The position numbers were made by a program, and so were the translations under genes. This document shows, one piece after another, positions 61,869 to 64,000 of a stretch of 64,000 bases of DNA. A model generated the notes under the pieces. The model had not been told where the DNA came from. It saw only the letters and a list, made by a program, of their open reading frames with translations, and made no database searches. The DNA comes from Opitutales bacterium (GTDB lineage Bacteria > Verrucomicrobiota > Verrucomicrobiia > Opitutales > UBA2987), in the NCBI GenBank assembly GCA_965226885.1, contig CBDDEL010000012.1, positions 320,001 through 384,000 on the forward strand, in the 5' to 3' direction. Within the stretch, counting starts at the first letter, position 1; each line of letters starts with the position of its first letter.

Positions 61869-63160
61869 ATGCGCCGTCTGCTATGGCTGGCCCTGTTGAG
61901 TGGGTTGCCAGGGGTGTTGGGCACCATCCTGCTGCTGCAAATCGGGAACTACCCTTTGAAAGTCCACCTGACCCTGCTGACCTTTGTTGTAGGGTTCTGG
62001 CTCCTATTTGTCACGATGCTGCGAAACCGCGTCATCCGGCCCCTGCAAGCGGCATCGAACATGCTCTCCGCATTGCGCGAAGGCGACTACTCCCTCCAAT
62101 CGCACGGCGGCGACAACGAAGACCCCATGGGCCAGGTCATGCACGAGATCAATGCCCTGACCGATGTCTTACGCAGCCAGCGCATGGGGGCCATCGAGGC
62201 CTTCACCCTTTTAAACAAGGTGGTGGAGGAGATCGATGTGGCTATCTTTACCTTCGATGAAGACGACCGTCTGGGCATGGTCAACCGGGCGGGTGAAAAA
62301 TTGCTGGCCCAGCCAGCGGACCAGTTGAGCGGTAAAAAAGCAGCCGATCTGGGTCTGAAAAATTGCCTCACCCGGCTGACTAGGGAAAATCAACTGATGG
62401 CCGTTCCAGCCGTTGGTACATTAAGACGGGCCACTTCCGGGAAGCGGGCAAACCACACCAACTTCTGCTCTTGACCGATGTCAGCCAGCCGCTCCGCGAG
62501 GAAGAACGAATGGCCTGGCGCCGCCTCATAAGGGTTCTGGGGCATGAGCTGAACAACTCCTTGGCCCCCATCAAATCGCTGGCTGGCAGCATGGAACAAA
62601 TCCTTACCCGACAACCCTTGCCACCGGATTGGAAGGAGGATATCAACGAAAGCCTCCGCATTATCGGGTCGAGGGCAGAGGGGCTGAGCCGGTTTCTGGA
62701 AGATTTTTCCCGAATCGCCAAACTGCCGCCGCCGCAAAAGGAACCCGTCCAAGTGGGCCAAATGGTGGAACAGGTGGCTGGGCTTTCCACCAGCGCTTTT
62801 GGGCAGATTCAAATAGAAAAAGGGCCACCATGCACCGTCATGGCCGATCGCAGCCAGATCGAGCAGCTCCTCATCAACCTGGTCAAAAATGCCGTCGATG
62901 CGGTTGAGGCGACCAAGGGCAGCATTCGCGCTGGCTGGGACGAGCTGGAAGGCCGGGTGGAAATCTGGGTTGAAGATGAAGGGCCGGGCATTGCCAACCC
63001 CAGCAACCTCTTCGTGCCCTTTTTCTCCACCAAGCCTGGAGGCTCGGGAGTCGGCCTCACCCTCAGCCGTCAAATAGCCGAAGCCCACGACGGAACCGTA
63101 GAGGTAGTCAACCGAACTGGCCAACCCGGCTGCCGGGCCACCCTCACCCTGCCCATATGA
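61869..63160 (+). pseudogene. Sensor histidine kinase (NtrY/NtrB-like), frameshifted near 62384-62401
   Basis: TM/HAMP/PAS part lies in one frame. RSSRWYIKTGHFREAGKPHQLLLLTD, LGHELNNSLAPI, NLVKNA, DEGPG, PFFSTK and GSGVGL lie in another frame, which is closed upstream by TAG at 62381-62383. Confidence 0.85.
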
Positions 63161-63238
63161 TCCATCAGCCCGCGCCGCCCCAATTATGAATTATGACCGT
63201 TGGCTCTATTTTTCTTCTCAATTCGTCTTGCCATTGGC

Positions 63239-64000
63239 CTAAAACTGAAGATTGGCAGTCACGGGAAAATGGTCGGAGGGGTAACGGCCTTCCTTTTCAG
63301 TCCGAACGATAGAAGCATGCAATGTAGTGACGCTCGGTGAAACAAATATACAGTCTACCTTCGGACCATTTGATCGTCCTTTAAAACCATTGAAAGTCCC
63401 GACGACTTCGGCCTCAGGGTGAAGAATGCGAAAAGTATCCGCCATTTTTCCTTTTCCCTTCAGGTATTCAATAGCCGGGTTGTCTTCTCCGGCATTAAAA
63501 TCTCCAGTTAAGACAAACGGATCCGGGTGTGTTCGCTTTTGTATGAAATCCACTATCAGCCGAACACTCTTTTCCCTTGAGGGTTGGGACCTGTGATCTA
63601 GGTGAGTATTGTAGATATAAAAGGCCAACCCCGACTGCCTGTCCAAAAGACGCGCCCAGCTGCAGATACGGCGAATTCGGTTGCCCCAATGCGTTGAAGG
63701 GACCTCCGGTGTATCCGAAAGCCAGAAAGTTCCCGACTCATACACATCGAATCGATCGAGCCGATAGAGAATGGCTGAATACTCCCCTTCCGTTCCGCCG
63801 TCCCGCCCCACACCTGTCTCGCCGTACTGCGGAAGACTCTTCCTGATTTCATCCATCTGAAAGCGGAGCGCCTCCTGCAATCCCAGGACATCCGGTGAAT
63901 ATTGGCGGATGACATCAATAACCTGTCCCTTCCGATTATCCCAATGGTTCTCACCATCACGAGTTGTCCCATAGCGGATGTTGAAACTCATGACATCAAC
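63239..64000 (-). CDS. Endonuclease/exonuclease/phosphatase family protein (5' end outside the window)
   Basis: MSFNIR, GLQEA, NTHLDH, TGDFN and SDHFPV. Confidence 0.9.
   Translation of the reverse strand, partial: VDVMSFNIRYGTTRDGENHWDNRKGQVIDVIRQYSPDVLGLQEALRFQMDEIRKSLPQYGETGVGRDGGTEGEYSAILYRLDRFDVYESGTFWLSDTPEVPSTHWGNRIRRICSWARLLDRQSGLAFYIYNTHLDHRSQPSREKSVRLIVDFIQKRTHPDPFVLTGDFNAGEDNPAIEYLKGKGKMADTFRILHPEAEVVGTFNGFKGRSNGPKVDCIFVSPSVTTLHASIVRTEKEGRYPSDHFPVTANLQF

Overview
Bacterial chromosomal window. The gene content and order (lysS-lolC/E-lolD-Gfo/Idh/MocA-lpxB, ccsA-hemA, coaE-rho-pilB/pilT/pilB/pilC, type B L36/L31) suggest Verrucomicrobiota/Opitutales; this is an inference. 1-8 kb: purine-catabolism-type block (Se-dependent xanthine dehydrogenase-like fusion running off the left edge, shortened YgfK-like Fe-S protein, PLP enzymes, exported nucleotide pyrophosphatase). 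8-32 kb: intact housekeeping genes, including a 41-aa rpmJ2 missed by the ORF track. 32-64 kb: accessory genes (comM, exported MTAP-like enzyme, NhaC, opp operon with an M3 peptidase, M16 protease, ECF sigma cassette, paralogous lipoproteins, TonB-dependent receptor, a complete IS with 15-bp TIRs and a 6-bp TSD, a two-component system). This half carries many short exact tandem duplications and frameshifts. Best leads: (i) an in-frame UGA exactly at a conserved Cys of ComM; (ii) a candidate ~98-nt minus-strand hairpin sRNA whose mismatches are all G-U on one strand; (iii) a repeated TTGAATCC-N16/17-YRTC ECF-type promoter motif defining a candidate regulon; (iv) a variant purine-degradation module with a structured leader; (v) duplication-driven gene decay confined to dispensable genes. 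No rRNA, tRNA or CRISPR array was seen. All family calls come from motif recognition, not database searches.
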